A stretch of 62,573 bases of DNA, filler included, from Chiloscyllium plagiosum (lineage: Eukaryota): assembly GCF_004010195.1 (NCBI RefSeq). It is 3 parts of one record of this genome, joined end to end, with 100 filler letters (N's around TTAATTAATTAA, not from the genome) between each part and the next. Parts side by side here need not be neighbours in the genome. Positions count along the whole stretch, not along the records: positions 1 to 27,975 come from NC_057710.1; 2 more parts are not named here. One strand, given 5' to 3'. Made by a program: the position numbers and the translations under genes. Shown in pieces: positions 13,390 to 26,235 of the stretch (position 1 is the first letter of the stretch; every line of letters starts with the position of its first letter). Under the pieces are notes generated by a model. That model was not told where the DNA came from. It searched no databases and saw nothing but the letters and a program-made list of their open reading frames with translations.

Positions 13390-14365
13390 TTCATTTATGG
13401 GACATGGGTTTTAGTGGCTAAGCCAGCATTTATTGCCCAACTTTTACTCTCTGGAGAATCTCTTGATAAGCTGCCTTCTTAAACTGCTACAATAGCTATA
13501 TGAAAAAGCATAACCAAATAAGATAATCTCCTGATTGCTACCTGAATCATAGGGTCAGCAAGACTAAAGAGACACCCACAATGAACTGTCACCTTGAGCT
13601 GCTGCAGTCCATGTGCTTTGGCAGACCCAGAATGCTCTTAAGGAGGGAATATCAGGATTTTGACTCGGAAAAAGTGAAGCAATGTTGATATATTTCCAAG
13701 ACAGGAAGACGACTGGCTTAGAGGGGAATTTGGAAGTGGTGGTGGAGTTTGCATGTATACGCTGCCCTTGACCTTCGCGATTGAAGTGGTCATCGGTTAC
13801 GAATGTACTGTCTAATGATATTTGGTGAATTTCAGCAATGCATGTTGTGATAATACACACTACTGTTCATGAATGTTGGTGGTGGAGAGAGTGGATGTTT
13901 GTGGATGTGTGCCAATCAAACAGGCTGCTTTGTCCTGGATGGCGTCAAGCTTCTTAAGTTTGTTGGAGCTGCATTCATTCAGACCAATGGGGAGCATTCC
14001 ACCACATCTCTGACTTGTACGTCGTAGATAGTGGACAGAAAATAGGGAGTCAAAAGGTGAGTTACTCACTGCAAGCTTCCCAGCCTCTGTCCTGTTCAAC
14101 TTCTGGTCAATAGTCACCTCCAGGATTTTGATAAAAGGAGAATACAGAGATGGTAATACCATTGAAAGTCAAGAAGCCAGGCTAGTTCTGGAGCATAAGC
14201 CATCAGTACTATTGGCAGAAAGGCAGGACTCCTAGCCTTTTTCCATACCGATTGTTTTCTGGTATTTCTTGATATCATGTGGATTAAATCAAATTGATTG
14301 AAAACTGGCATCTGTAATGCTGGGGATCAGTGGGAGACCAAGGTGGGTCATCCACTCAGCTTTTA
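13390..14365 (-). mobile_element. Second LINE family, 3' portion
   Basis: ILEVTIDQKLN, LKKLDAIQDKAACLIG; shares the 3' UTR with 51900-52460. Confidence 0.7.
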
Positions 14366-14799
14366 TGGTTGATAATATAATCAAGTAAAAACCATAGTCC
14401 TGCTGCACACCCCACCATTCTCTCTGGTGGTACTTTAACCTGAGGATCACACACCTCAGGCAAAGGGAAAACTTGAGAGGGAGGATCCTTCATGGTAACC
14501 TCAGCCACTGTGGGAATTGAATCCACTCTGCATTACAAACAACTGAGCTAACTGACCCCTTATTGTCTTGAAATTTGTAATCAATGGCAATGATAGGTCA
14601 ACCTTAAGTTAGGTCAAATTGTTTTACAAAACTGGTTGGCCCTCGCAAGTGTCTTGTGTTGAAGTTTCGGTTACAATCTTAGCAAAAGGTATCAAAGTCT
14701 GTGAAAAGGTGCTTTAGGTATTTACTAAAATGGTATCAGTCCACAGCTTCTCAACCTTGAAGTAGTATGCTTTCCTTGTGCAGTACTAATTCAGTTAAA

Positions 14800-15805
14800 T
14801 CACGTGCAAGTAGACCAAGCTACTTATGCATCAAGACCTAGACACCATGCAGACTTAGGCTGATAAGTGGCAAGTGACATTTGCACCAAACAAGTGCCTG
14901 GCAATGACCATCTCCAGCAAGAGAGAATCTAGCTATCACTCTTTGATGGCCAGTTGCCATTACTGAGTCCCACAAAATGTCAGTTTGCCATTAAAATCCT
15001 GACTATTACTGTTGACTAGAAAACAAATTAGTGTGGCGCTGGAAAAGCACAGCCGGTCAGGCAGCATCCGAGGGGCAGGAGAATCGACATTTCAAGCATA
15101 AGCTGTTCATTAGGAATGAGTTGATCCTTCTGTTCCTCGGATGCTGCCTGACCAGCTGTGCTCTCCCAGCACTACACTTATTGACTCTGATCTCCAGCAT
15201 CTGCAGTCCTCACTTTCTCCTAGAAACCAAATTAACCAACCCTATAAATACTATAGCGACAAGAGCAGGTTTGAGGCTAGAGATTCTGCAGCAAGCAACT
15301 TGCCTCCTGTCTTCTCACTCCCTGTCCTCGATCCAAAAGGCTCAGATCTGGAGTGTGATGGAATACACTCCACTGGCCAGAAAATGTGCAGCTCCAATAA
15401 CCTTGAAGAAGCTTGACATCATTTAGTATGAAACAGCTTGCTTGATTGGCACCTCATTTGCCACCTTCACTGATGCACATGCAGCAGTGTGTACTGTTCA
15501 GAAGATGCATTGCAATAAATCACCAAACCTTTAACAGCACCTTTCAAACCCATGACCTGTCCCGTCTCGAAGAAAAGTATCAGAAGATAGAAACACCACC
15601 ATCTGTGAACCCCCTTCAAGATCATACACTGCTTTAATTTCGACCTATATTGTTCTTCCTTCATTGTTGCTAGGTTAAATCATAGGATATTTCTTATGTA
15701 TGTTCGTTTGCTTGAAGGACACTACCACCTTCTCCAGGGTGAATGAGATTGGAAAGAAATGCAAGCCTAATTTGTGATGACTACATTCCTTAAATTAATA
15801 AAAAC
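14800..15805 (+). mobile_element. Second LINE family 3' portion interrupted by a palindromic PLE fragment (15031-15220)
   Basis: QQDL...Q.WADKWQVTFAP.KC relic. Insert flanked by tagaaaacaaatta / tagaaaccaaatta. Confidence 0.7.
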
Positions 15806-17282
15806 AAATGCTTGGGTAGGTGCAGCTCACTGGGGAGGGATGAGTACTCTCTTCTTCTGAGCTAATGGTGGAGGGAAAGTCATTAATAAAGTAGCTAAAG
15901 ACAGTTGAGCCTAGGACATTACCTTGAAGAACTTGTGTAATGATGTGCTGGGCTGAAATGATCACCTTGAATCAAGCACAGTTGTTTGCTATGTACTATG
16001 TATGATTCTAATCAGCATAGAATTACTACCCCTCACAAATTTCTATTAACTCCAACTTTGCTGAGCTCTTTGTTGTTCCATACTCTGGTGTTACATAAAT
16101 GGCTTGATGTGAACAGCTGTCAGACTCTCCTTCTATCTGGAGTTTAACTGTTCTGGCTAAGTTTTGATGAAGGTCTGAATGAGGTCAGGAGCCAAGTGGT
16201 AGTGTGGAAACCAGCACAGCACCAGCGAGCAGGTCAATGCTTTGCAAGTGCCACTTGATATTTCTTTCTTCAACCACTCTTGTCGTTTTGCTGATGATCA
16301 GAAGTAGGCTTCAAGGGCAGTAACTGGTTGCGTTGGGTTTGTCCTGCTTTTTGTGTACAGGATATACCTGGGCAATTTTCCACATTGTTGACCAGTGTAG
16401 TAGCTGTCCTGGAAAAGTTTGTCTAAGGGAATAGCTGTCTTCACTGCTGTTACTGGAATGTTGTTAGAGTCTGTAGCCTTTCAGCATCTATTCTGTTTAG
16501 CCATTTCATGGTATTACATGGAATTAATCAAATTCTTGACATGAATGAAGATTTCAGTAGCTGAGATGTTTGTAATGTCAAGTGATGCTATGGAGGTGTT
16601 CATTGCCATTTTGGATATTTGTGCAAATATGAAATTGGATTTCTGCTATGGGTCAAATATGATAGCAAGGTTGCAAGCACCCCAAAGGCCTACTTTTTTT
16701 TTATTTAATATGATTGTGCACCTGAGTCATGTGCTATGATATTAAAGGACAAATCTTATTGACCAGTACCAACCCTGGGTTTATCACAAGAAGAAGGTTT
16801 GTTCCTTTATCACCCTGGGTGCAAATAATCTCCTGTTGAGTGGTTTACTCGCTTGTTCATCCGACCTCTTCTAACAACTTGGCCTATTCAGGCCTCTCCT
16901 CATTTTTGCTGTCTGGGTAAATTCCAATGGAATGCTTTCCACTGAAGTGATGTCTGAGAGCAGTTGGTTTGTGCAGAATTCTTGAAGTCAGAACCAAGTC
17001 CTTCTACACCTGCCACATCATTTTCTTTTAGATTTTAGCATCTTTTACAAACTCTAGAAAACATTGATATCTAAATAATTTAAAACGAAACCACAGCTAA
17101 TCTGAAAGCAATTGATGATCCTTTTAAATAGTACTATTGAGAGTCCTTTTTGATGTTGAATGCATGTTCAGTTCTGAGATTAAGGAATGATATTAACTTG
17201 AGTGCCAATTCCCCATTTTATTAGCATTGGCATCAAATCACATTGACAGTACAATCTACCTACTGTGCAGGGTTCTGTGAGC

Positions 17283-17368
17283 AATCCTTGGGTACATATT
17301 TTTAATCAAACTATAATCCTTGTATATATTTTTAATCAAACTATAATCCTTGTATATATTTTTAATCA
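17283..17368. repeat. Tandem repeat, 30-bp unit, nearly 3 copies
   Basis: (tatatttttaatcaaactataatccttgta)n read directly. Confidence 0.9.
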
Positions 17369-17699
17369 GACATGTTAAGACCCACATCTGGAGTAGGTGA
17401 TACTTGAACCCAGTCATGAGAGGGATGCTGGAACCCAGGCCTTTTGATTCAGAGGTCCATGGAAATTACCATTGCATCACAGGATCCATTTTGGCAATCC
17501 TTGTATGCCTGTGTGAACAGTTCACCAAAGTGGTGTCCTGGACAACTCTTATTAGAAGGTGTGCATATGTGTTGTAAGTGATTGGTGCAATTTGTTGAGC
17601 AAATGATTGGGGTTAATTGATAAATTAATTTACTGAGATATGACAAACGCGGTCAAACTAAGTAATAAATAAGCACTACAAAGATATCTTGATTTCTGT

Positions 17700-19560
17700 T
17701 TTACCAACAGTATTGAATCTGATTTAATGTGGGAGCACAGGGTGATTGCCTGAAGTTAAAAATTGGAGACCAAGATTTTTTGACAGTAGTTGAAGTTATT
17801 TTGGAGAAGAATGACTAAAACCAAGTGTAAAGTACAATTTCCCACTGATGTTCTGATATGGAACCTTGATTAGTGAAGATGTTCACTGAATATATGAACA
17901 GGGATAAAGTATTGACCAAAGAAATAACAAGGTATGGTTTATTGCTTCCTAACAAAAGCTCAATAAGGTGCAAGCTGTTTTGGAGCAACTGGACACAAAG
18001 ATTTGGATAAGCTATTAAACTATATGGGAAAAACTCATAAAGATGATACTATCAATGCATAACAGGCATGGTTAAAAACTCCTTCTTGGGGATCCTAACT
18101 TAGTTTTCACTTTTAAGTTGTTGGATTGTGTTGGGGTGTCAGACATGGTAGACTCCTTCTTAACTGGAGCCATGCTTTTGGAACAGATGACTGAAGCTTT
18201 TTAAAAAAACATTGTGGGCAAACATTCATTTTCAACAGCTTCTCTGCATAAATTCAACAGTGACACAAAAATTGGAGGAGGCAATGTGAGCAGCATCTCA
18301 AAACCATCCAAGTACAGAATACAAATGTCAATATGAAAGGATAATCTTAGCTAAAAGGAGCAAGGATAATGCTGCCTGCAATTCCAGCAGATGGCAGGAG
18401 CTGGGGAACTATACGAGAAGAATGAAGCCAATGAATTCCCATAGTTCTGTCATCAGGTATTTTAGCTGTGACTTGAAATACCATAATGCAATGAATTGTC
18501 CTAAACAGAATTACAAGGGTTTTAATATTACACTTAAGACAGGTTTGCAAGCAGAAAATAGTGGTACTGATCAGTCAAGAGAATTTGCCAAATTAGGTGA
18601 AGATGTGAAAAACCAGAAAAGTATGAGATCAGAAAAAAGACTTGGAAGTAAATATGGCATGAGGAAAAGATCACCAATTTGCAAAAGGAATTCTGTTTAT
18701 AGAAGAGGGAGATCTTGTAATTGAAGTCCTGAATATGATCGGATAGGTAGAGAGGTCATAATTTGAAAAGAGCAAGACAATGCAACAGACAGGGTACCCA
18801 TGAAAAGTAGAACCCCTGATGATTAAGAAAATCAAGGCTGCAAGCAAATTAAGAAATAAATTGATAAAGGATGTCAAACAAAAAGTTGGCAAGAGTTGGT
18901 GCACACATTGAGGAACTCGGCTGATACTTTCTCACCTGAGAACGTTCTCTCCGATAGGACGTATAAGGTTAAAGTGAGGCATGTGATTCAGGGTTTCCAA
19001 GAGAAACTTGGTGAACAAGTTGTTGGGTTGGATTCCCCTACTGCAGGAAAATTGATACTGAGGATCATCTTACTTTTTGAGTGACATACTCCTGGGAATA
19101 TCAGTCAATCAGAATAAAGGCTGTATTTTTGCAAGGGGATACATTTTAAAGGAAGTAGTTTTGAAACCACCCGTAGAAGCAGATAATACATAAGGGAAAG
19201 TATGGAAGTTAAACCAATGTATTTAGGGGTGGGTCCACCTTGTTAAAAGGATGCTACATTCACTTTAAAGAAGACCCAGCAATTACTGGTCTTGCAAACC
19301 AAAGCTGGCAGACATTTTTGTAATGGGAATTGATGATTTTCTGCAGGGAGTTTCTATGGAATTTGAGCAATGTGTGGCAGATCAAAAAAAAAGAGAATGT
19401 AAGATTAAAAGTCAGGTTTCAGGTTCATTTAAATATATAGAATTAGACATTAAACAGAATACATCAGCAGTGACTTGAATCAACCATCTGTAATGAATAC
19501 AGCTGATGGTGCTACTAACGAGTCAGATGCCAGAGTGAAATCTGGTCTGACGGATCAATT
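17700..19560 (+). mobile_element. Decayed, internally deleted Ty1/copia LTR retrotransposon (gag zinc knuckle and RT)
   Basis: RYFSCDLKYHNAMNCP (degenerate CCHC, ~18455-18503); YKVKVRHVIQGFQE...DSPTAGK..LRI (KARLVA.GF-like); AVFLQG..., EVVLKPPVEA...GKVWKLNQCI*G (19120-19230); IFVMGIDDFL (19313-19343); SFKYIELDIKQ. Motif order is collinear with copia RT. LTRs not identified. Confidence 0.75.
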
Positions 19561-19794
19561 CTAAAAAAATGTCATCATTCACTGACCCTTAGTCACATGA
19601 GGCTGCAGAACTTGTTTGACAACATAACAAAAAGTTTATTATATACAAAAGATGAAAATAAAAATAATAAATCAAGTTATCTAAATATAGAGCACAATTA
19701 AAAAAAAGCACCCAGCAAAACAAAGTTTCAATCTATTCTCCAAACATCACTTTACAGCAATTCAACTCAGAGACACTACTCATCTGTAGCATAG

Positions 19795-19955
19795 TCAGAA
19801 GTCACACGACACCAAGTTATAATCCAACAGGTTTATTTAAAATCAGTTCTGCTGACGAAGGAGCAGCACTCTGAAAGCTTGTGATTTTAAATGAACATGT
19901 TGGACTAAACGTGTGACTTATGACTTTGTCCACCCCAGTCCAACTCCGGCACCTC
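19795..19955 (+). mobile_element. Palindromic PLE-derived fragment (family C) with degenerate hammerhead at 19852-19880
   Basis: Inverted arms around CTGACGA-A-GGAGC-agc-ACTCT-GAAA-GCTT; same family as 58205-58428 and 61143-61320. Confidence 0.65.
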
Positions 19956-20334
19956 CCCATGATCATCTGTATTATAGTAGCCAGATTTTTACTGGAGACC
20001 GTGAAGTCAGTTTTGTAAGTAATCATAAATCTGAGAACTTCAATTTTCTCGTTTTCTTATAAACAGCAAATTTCTAACCAAGCAGTCCTGCTCTAGAGAT
20101 TCACAAACTAAACTTTTCTACAGAAGTTATGGAGCTATCCCTGAACTGTTCTGTGCTTCTTCTGTATTTGCTTCTCATCCTACCAGATGTTTTTCTGGAC
20201 TGACCAAAACTTGCAATCTCTGGTTTTTCTAAAGTAAGATCAATCCTCTCTAATCCTGAATCAAAAACAAGTTGACGGCCCTCAATCTCACAACCAACGG
20301 ATCAGATCTAAGCTATGCAGTTTTGCAACGTCCA

Positions 20335-20436
20335 CAACAAAAACAGAAATTGCTGGAAAAGCTCAAGCAGCTCTGGCAGCATGTGTGAAGAGAAATCAGA
20401 GTTAATGTTTTGAGTCTGGTGACTCTTCCTCAGAAC
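20335..20436 (-). mobile_element. PLE pLTR fragment (family D) with decayed hammerhead
   Basis: Reverse complement gtt-CTGAGGA-A-GAGTC-acca-GACTC-AAAA-CATT-aac. Related copies at ~26060-26144 and ~28937-29002. Confidence 0.55.
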
Positions 20437-20499
20437 TTCTGTGATATTCAGTTCTGAATCTAGTGGATGATTAAACAGCTGATTGGAGCAGGAGATGCA

Positions 20500-21220
20500 C
20501 AAATATCCCCATGCTCATTTATTGAAGAGGCCAGCAATCAGTGCAAGTGATAAGGCTTAAGTAGTGACATCAATAAACAGTTAGAAGTACTGGATACTGT
20601 AAAGGCTATGGGCCCTGACAACATGTCAGGAAGATTTGTACTTCAGAACTTGCCACACCCAAAGTTCCAGTAGAGATACAATATTGGCATCGACCCAACA
20701 AAGTGGAAAATTGCCCAGGTATGTCTTGTACACAAAAGCAGGACAAATCTGACTCAGGCAACTGCAACCCTGTTAGTTTTCACTTGATCATCAGTAAAGT
20801 GATAGGAGATGCACCTGCAAAGCAATGATCTCCTCATTGATGCTCAATTCAGGTTCTGCCATGGTCAGTCAGCTCCTGACCTAATTATAGCCTTGGTGAG
20901 AATGTGGACAAAGGAGCTGAATTCCAGAGATGAAGTGAGAGCTACAGCCCTTGATATCAAGACTACATTTGACTGAGTATAGCATCAAGGAGCCCGAGCC
21001 AAACTGGAATAGATACAAAAAGGGGGACAAACTCTCTACTGATTGGAGTCATACCCTGCCATGTGGAAAGATGTTTGTGGTTGATGGTTGCAGATATTAC
21101 GATCGTCTTAGTTTCAGGACATCTCTGCAGGGGTTCCTCAGAGTAGTGTCCTGGGCCCAACCATCTACTGTTGCTTAATCAATTACCTTCCTTTCATCAT
21201 AAGGCCAGAAGTGGGATACC
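20500..21220 (+). mobile_element. Second LINE family, RT region
   Basis: KAMGPDN, WKIAQVCLVHK, WTKELNSRDEVRATALDI relics. Confidence 0.72.
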
Positions 21221-21983
21221 TTTTAGCTGAGAAAAACAACAGCAACCATTTTGTCTTGCATACCAATCATCAGAATGCCAGAAAAAGGAGACAAGGCATT
21301 CAATTCTTTGCAATAAAGAAAATGGAGTTTTTGGGATATTACATCTCAGAGGATTAAGTTTCAGTAATCAGATTCTGATGTATTTTGTTGCAGCAGAATT
21401 TTCAAAATGAAGCCAACAGCAGCACAGTGTCACAAAATAAAGGATAAATTGGTTTCTGTTTCAAACTTATAACAATAAATGCTTATGCAAGGAAATGAGT
21501 GACTTGGATGATATTGATCATGTGTATTTGAAGTGAACAGGCAAGCCTGTTTATGTAAATAGACTGTTTTCAAAGGATTTGACAACAGAAACATCATGTG
21601 GCCTTATCTGTGACATGTTCTTTGATGAAGACAATTTAAGAAGCATGGTTTTCAACAGTTATTCAAAGAGCTTGAAAAACAGATAACCCAAGAAGCTGCT
21701 TCTTTTATGGTTAAATTGATCATCTGTACCAATAGGAATAAACTGTTGTACACTACCATTGTGTATCTCATGCATATAAACCTTGATGTTTGAACTGTAG
21801 AAGGAAAGATTTTAATCTATCGTTTCTTAATCTAACAAATACACTTGGGGACAATCATTAATTTCATTATTTATTGTAAATTTTTGGATGCAGACCCTGT
21901 ATCTTGTCAAAGGAGATTAGCTCTTTGTCATTTTTGCAGACATTTGATTTAGATACATGTATTTGTACGATGGCCAAATTTTC

Positions 21984-22269
21984 GATTAGATTCCCGACAG
22001 TGTGGAAAAAGACCCACCGATCCTCCGAAGAGCAACCTACCCAGACCCATTTCCCTCTGACTAATACTCCTAACACTATGGACAATTTAGCATGACCAAA
22101 TCACCTGACTTTCATATCTTTGGACCGTGGGAGGAAACTGAAGCACCTGGAGGAAACCCACGCAGACATGGGGAGAATGTGCACACAGACAGTCACCCGA
22201 GGCTGGAATCGAACCCAGGTCCCTGGCGCTGAGGCAGCAGTGCAAATCACTGAGCCACTGTGCCGCCCC
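21984..22269 (-). mobile_element. HE1-type V-SINE
   Basis: Full head-core-tail arrangement matching 30515-30828 in reverse. Confidence 0.9.
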
Positions 22270-22340
22270 AAATATATTTCTATTCGTTCTACTTATTCAA
22301 TTCACTTCCCTCATATTGGTAAGGCCAATGAGGAGATGTT

Positions 22341-23978
22341 AGAGTCATAGAGATGTACAGCATGGAAACAGACCCTTTGGTCCAACCCGTCCAGGCCGAC
22401 CAGATATCCCAACCCAATCTAGTCCCACCTGCCAGCACCCGGCCCGTATCCTTCCAAACTCTTCCTATTCATATACCCATCCAAATGCCTCTTAAATGTT
22501 GCAATTGTACCAGCCTCCACCACATCCTCTGGCAGTTCATTCCATACACGTACCACCCTCTGCGTGAAAATGTTGCCCCTTAGGTCTCTTTTATATCTTT
22601 CCCCTCTCACCCTAAACCTTGGCCTCTAGTTCTGGACTTCCTGACCCCAGGGAAAAGACCTTGTCTATTTATCCTATCCATGCTCCTCATAATTTTGTAA
22701 ACCTCTATAAGGTCACCCCTCAGCCTCCAACACTCCAGGGAAAACAGCCCATCCTATTCAGCCTCTCCCTGTAGCTCAGAACCTCCAACCCTGGCAACAT
22801 CCTTGGAAATCTTTTCTGAACCCTTTCAAGTTTCACAACATCTTTCCGATAGGAAGGAGACCAGAATTGCTCGCAATATTCCAACAGTGGCCTAACCAAT
22901 GTCCTGTACAGCCGCAACATGACCTCCCAACTCGTGTACTCAATACTCTGACTAATAAAAGAAAACATACCAAACGCTGCCTTCACTATCCTATCTACCT
23001 GCGACTCCACTTTCAAGGAGCTATGAACCTGCACTCCAAGGTCTCTATGTTCCCTAGGACCTTACCATTAAGTGTATAAGTCCTGCTAAGATTTGCTTTC
23101 CCAAAATGCAGACCTCTCATTTATCTGAATTAAACTCCATCTGCTACTTCTCAGCCCATTGGCCCATCTGGTCCAGATCCTGTTGTAATCTGAGGTAACC
23201 CTCTTCGCTGTCCGCTACACCTCCAACTTTGGTGTCATCTGCAAACTTACTAACTGTACCTCTTATGCTGACATCATTTATGTAAATGACAAAAAGTAGA
23301 GGGCCCAGCACTGATCCTTGTGGAACTCCACTGCTCACAGGCCTCTAGTCTGAAAAACAACCCTCCACCACCACCCTCTGTCTTCTACCTTTGAGCCAGT
23401 TCTGTATCCAAATGGCTAGTTCTTACTGTATTCCATGAGATCTAACCTTGCTAATCAGTCTCCCATGGGGAATATTGTCGAACGCCTTACTGAAGTCCAT
23501 ATAGATCACATCTACTGCTCTGCCCTCATCAATCTTCTTTGTTACTTCTTCAGAAAACTCAATCAAGTTTGTGAGACTTGATTTCCCACGCACAAAGCCA
23601 TGTTGACTATCCTGAATCAGTCCTTGCCTTTCCAAATACATGTACACCCTGTCCCTCAGGATTCCCTCCAACAGCTTGCCCACCACCGAGATCAGGCTCA
23701 CCGGTCTATAGTTCCCTGGCTTGTCTTTACCGCCCTTCTTAAACAGTGGCACCACGTTTGTCAACCTCCAGTCTTCCGGCACCTCACCTGTGACTATCGA
23801 TGATACAAATATCTCAGCAAGAGACCCAGCAATCACTTCTCTAGCTTCCCACAGAGTTCTCTGGTACACCTGATCAGGTCCTGGGGATTTATCCACTTTT
23901 AAGCGATTCAAGACATACAGCACTTCCTCCTCTGTAATCTGGACATTTTGCAAGATGTCACCATCTATTTCCCTACAA
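22341..23978 (-). mobile_element. 5'-truncated CR1 (HER1-like) LINE, RT to 3' end
   Basis: [56 protein letters not shown]; ctctatgactct tail. Confidence 0.95.
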
Positions 23979-24129
23979 ATCAATGGAATAAAAATCCTTG
24001 AAGCTTAACTTCTTTACTCTGTATAATTCAAGTGGTCTTAACAACAGACTAAATCTTGAATGATGTATGTGGATTAGTTGATTTACAAACTAGCTTTAAA
24101 ATGTTCATTGACATGATAATTGTTGTGTT

Positions 24130-25140
24130 TTTCAAGTTATTTGTTCATGTGATCTGCATGTGGCTGGAATTTATTTGCTGTGAAGTAGATGGTGGTGAGT
24201 TCCCTTGATCCAGGTTAGGTGAATTGGCCATGCTAAATTGCCTGTAGTGTTAGGTGATGGGGTAAATGTAGGGGAATTGGTCTGGGTGGGTTGCTCTTCG
24301 GCAGGTCGGTGTGGACCTGGTGGGCCGAAGGGCCTGTTTCCATACTAAGTAATCTAATCCACTGCAGTCCAAATGGTATAGATATACCAGTGGTGCAATA
24401 AGGAAGGGTATTCCAGTATCTCAACTGAGTGACATTGAACAAATGGGTGAAAATAGTTGCAAGACTGGGTAATTTGTGGTTTTGAGGGGTACTTACTAGT
24501 GGCGGTGTTCCCATGTGCCTGATGCCTTCATCCTTCTCGATGCTGGAGATTGTCGCTTTGGAAGGTATTGACGCAAAAGCCTTCATGAGTTATTGTAGTG
24601 TATCTGTAAATGGTAACAAACTGCTCCCTCTATGCATCAGTAGTGGAGGATGTGAATGTTGATGATGTTAGATTGGATTCCAATCAATCAGGATGCTTTG
24701 TCCTGGATGGTATCAATCTTCTTGAGTGTTTTTAGAGCTGTAGTTGCCCAGACAAGTGGAGAGTGTCCCATCACATGCCTGACTTCTGCCTTGTTCGTGG
24801 TGGACAGACTTGCAGGAGTCATGAAATGAGTTACTTGCAGCAGAATTCTCAGCCTCTGACCTGCTCTTGCTGTCACAGTATTATGCTCAATGCTAACCCT
24901 CCAATGGAGGTACTCAGTGATGATAATGCAATTGAATTTCCAGAAATGATGGTTTGAACCTTCCTCTAGTTGGAGGAGATCTTGCCAATAACTTGTGTGG
25001 CATGACTATTTATTGCCAAATACCAGCCCAAGTCTAAATGTTGTTCACGTCTTGTATTTGGGTCCAGCCATCTTCACTCTCTGAGGAATGGCAAATAGTG
25101 TTGAATGTTGTGTAGTCATCAGCAAACATCCCCACCATTA
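24130..25140 (-). mobile_element. Second LINE family 3' portion with a 5'-truncated HE1 SINE (24210-24360, +) inserted
   Basis: RAGQRLRIL, LKKIDTIQDKA. SINE tail ...aagggcctgtttccatactaagtaatctaat. Confidence 0.72.
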
Positions 25141-25599
25141 AGATCAGATGAAGAAGGATGGTCAGCTAATCTCTTTTGAACTCATCCTGGTCAGTCACAA
25201 GGAGTTTTTATTTGTTGTGCAGCTGTGTCAAACTTCAGTTGAAACTTTATTAACCAGATCAAAATTATAGGGCAATTCCATAGTTCCTTGAATGAAAGTA
25301 ACAAAGTTAAAGTGAGAGATTGGGAGATGGGTTAGAGGTTGCCTACAGAGGATCAGTGGGCTTTGCAGTGAGACACAGCCCAAGTGAGTATATGGTTCAA
25401 AGATTTTGAAACAGCATGGGTATTCAGTGGAGAGGGAAGGGATGCATTTTGCATGCTTTTCTGGACTTCTTAACAGGACAAATTTAAGCCCAAGTTTGGC
25501 TGCCCAGCACAAAGCAAAGCAACATCACAGAAAAAGCATTGGTTTGTAATAGTTGCCAATTTGATTGTCTATTATAGTTTACTTTCAGATTGAAGATAA

Positions 25600-26230
25600 A
25601 TAGGATAATCATTTACAGGTTACAAACTAAAAGACCAATAAGAAACCCTTTTTTATAAAACAATTTAAGAACTAAATAAATGAAATGGAGATGCAGGGCC
25701 AGTCTATGAATTGTACCTGCATGACGTGGGAACTGATGAACCCTATTGTGGTTCATAATGACCGCACCTGCAGCAAGTGTTGGTTGCTCGATGAACACTG
25801 GCTCAGAGTTAATGAGTTGCAGTCTGAACTTCAAACACTGCTACATGTCCAGGAGGGAGAGAGTTACCTGACACTGTGTGTTTCAGAAGTATATTACACC
25901 TTTGAGATTAAGTACCTTCATTTTGGTCAGTAGTCAGGAAGATGAGAGTATAAGTGCGACTGAGAGAGATAGAGGCTTTTGAAGTGAATACTGAATTCTA
26001 TCATGCTATCATCACTTCTTCCTCAGGACTCATTTACTTGGAGGTAATTTATTAATCCTGAGACAAAAATAGAAATTGCTGGGAAAGCTCAGCAGGTCTG
26101 GCAGTATTTACAGTAAAAAATCAGAGTGACTCTTCCTCAGTTCTGGTGATGAAATGATAGAATTCAGTATTCACTTCAAGAATGGGCAACTCCAATTAGA
26201 AAAAATCTTGTGTTTAACTTGACAAAAGAG
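25600..26230 (+). mobile_element. CR1 5' relic: ORF1 zinc finger / leucine zipper, with rearranged endonuclease piece
   Basis: CTCMTWE...TCSKCWLL...LRVNELQSELQTL (ORF 25685-25933) resembles the CR1 ORF1 N-terminus. Confidence 0.7.
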
Positions 26231-26235
26231 AATTA

